A program made the translations under genes and the position numbers. DNA of 64,000 nt from assembly GCA_904063045.1 (NCBI GenBank), contig CAJFCJ010000030.1, positions 380,063 through 444,062 on the forward strand. The letters run 5' to 3'. Origin of the DNA: Dimorphilus gyrociliatus (Eukaryota; Animalia; Annelida). The notes under the pieces are model-generated. The model did not search any database. It saw only the letters and a program-made list of their open reading frames with translations, and had not been told where the DNA came from. Below, one piece after another: positions 63,476 through 64,000 of the stretch. Every line of letters begins with the position of its first letter. The stretch's first letter is position 1.

Positions 63476-64000
63476 GTAAGTAATACGGTACCTTTTGTTT
63501 AGGTGTATACTAACTCCATCTGTCGATGGGAATATATGTTGTTATTCAATGAAACGCAATCGTCATGGGACAAGGTATAGCTAATCCTTTGTATATTATC
63601 GCGAAATGAAGTCAGGGACCGTATCTATGGGACTTTTGTTTATCGATAATTAACTGAAGAGATTCTCTTTGTCAATCTTTTAATCTGTTAATTAATTTTT
63701 TTTTATTGAATATTAAAGGCAGATTTTTGTATTGATGTTTTCAGCCAGCGTTAAGTAAAGCATAAGGGAATTACTCTATATATTTATACGTTACGCTAAT
63801 ATCCTAATTATGTCTTAAGTTATTCGCCCTCCCCCCCGCCAAGCATGACAGGAAGAACATCTCTTAGGCTGTCAAAGTTTTATAATTATGTAATTTACAT
63901 AGCTTTGTCAAATCTCCCATCAATAATCTTAAAAAGAGACGCCGAGAAAGAATCTAGTCATACGATAACCCTGAAATAAATTGTATCATTCCTTTATTAA

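Overview
AT-rich eukaryotic (animal) genomic DNA with GT-AG introns, most of them very short (about 56-75 nt), as expected of a compact invertebrate genome. A spiralian such as a miniature annelid is a guess, not demonstrated. Left to right: (1) non-coding DNA, then a two-exon Star-like FkbM/Methyltransf_21 type II membrane protein gene (3579-4542, +). (2) A 14-kb tandem array of a GPI-anchored immunoglobulin-superfamily gene (minus strand): a 4-Ig copy (16372-18364), an 8-Ig copy created through a chimeric stalk/Ig exon (9445-13344), and a broken copy (6612-8353). Paralog differences are clustered, non-synonymous and mosaic. (3) A roughly 25-exon receptor tyrosine kinase (20218-27374, -) with a MET/RON-type kinase but a full plexin-type ectodomain (Sema, 3 PSI, about 6 IPT). 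Its intron positions match the neighbouring plexin, and its activation loop lacks the MET twin tyrosines and carries PKKKRK. (4) Head-to-head with it, a Plexin-A gene (29978 to beyond 63475, +, running off the window) with two giant introns, one holding a full-length Tc1/DD34E transposon inactivated by a single nonsense codon. Splice models were assembled by hand from the sequence, so coordinates may be off by a few bases. No database searches were run.
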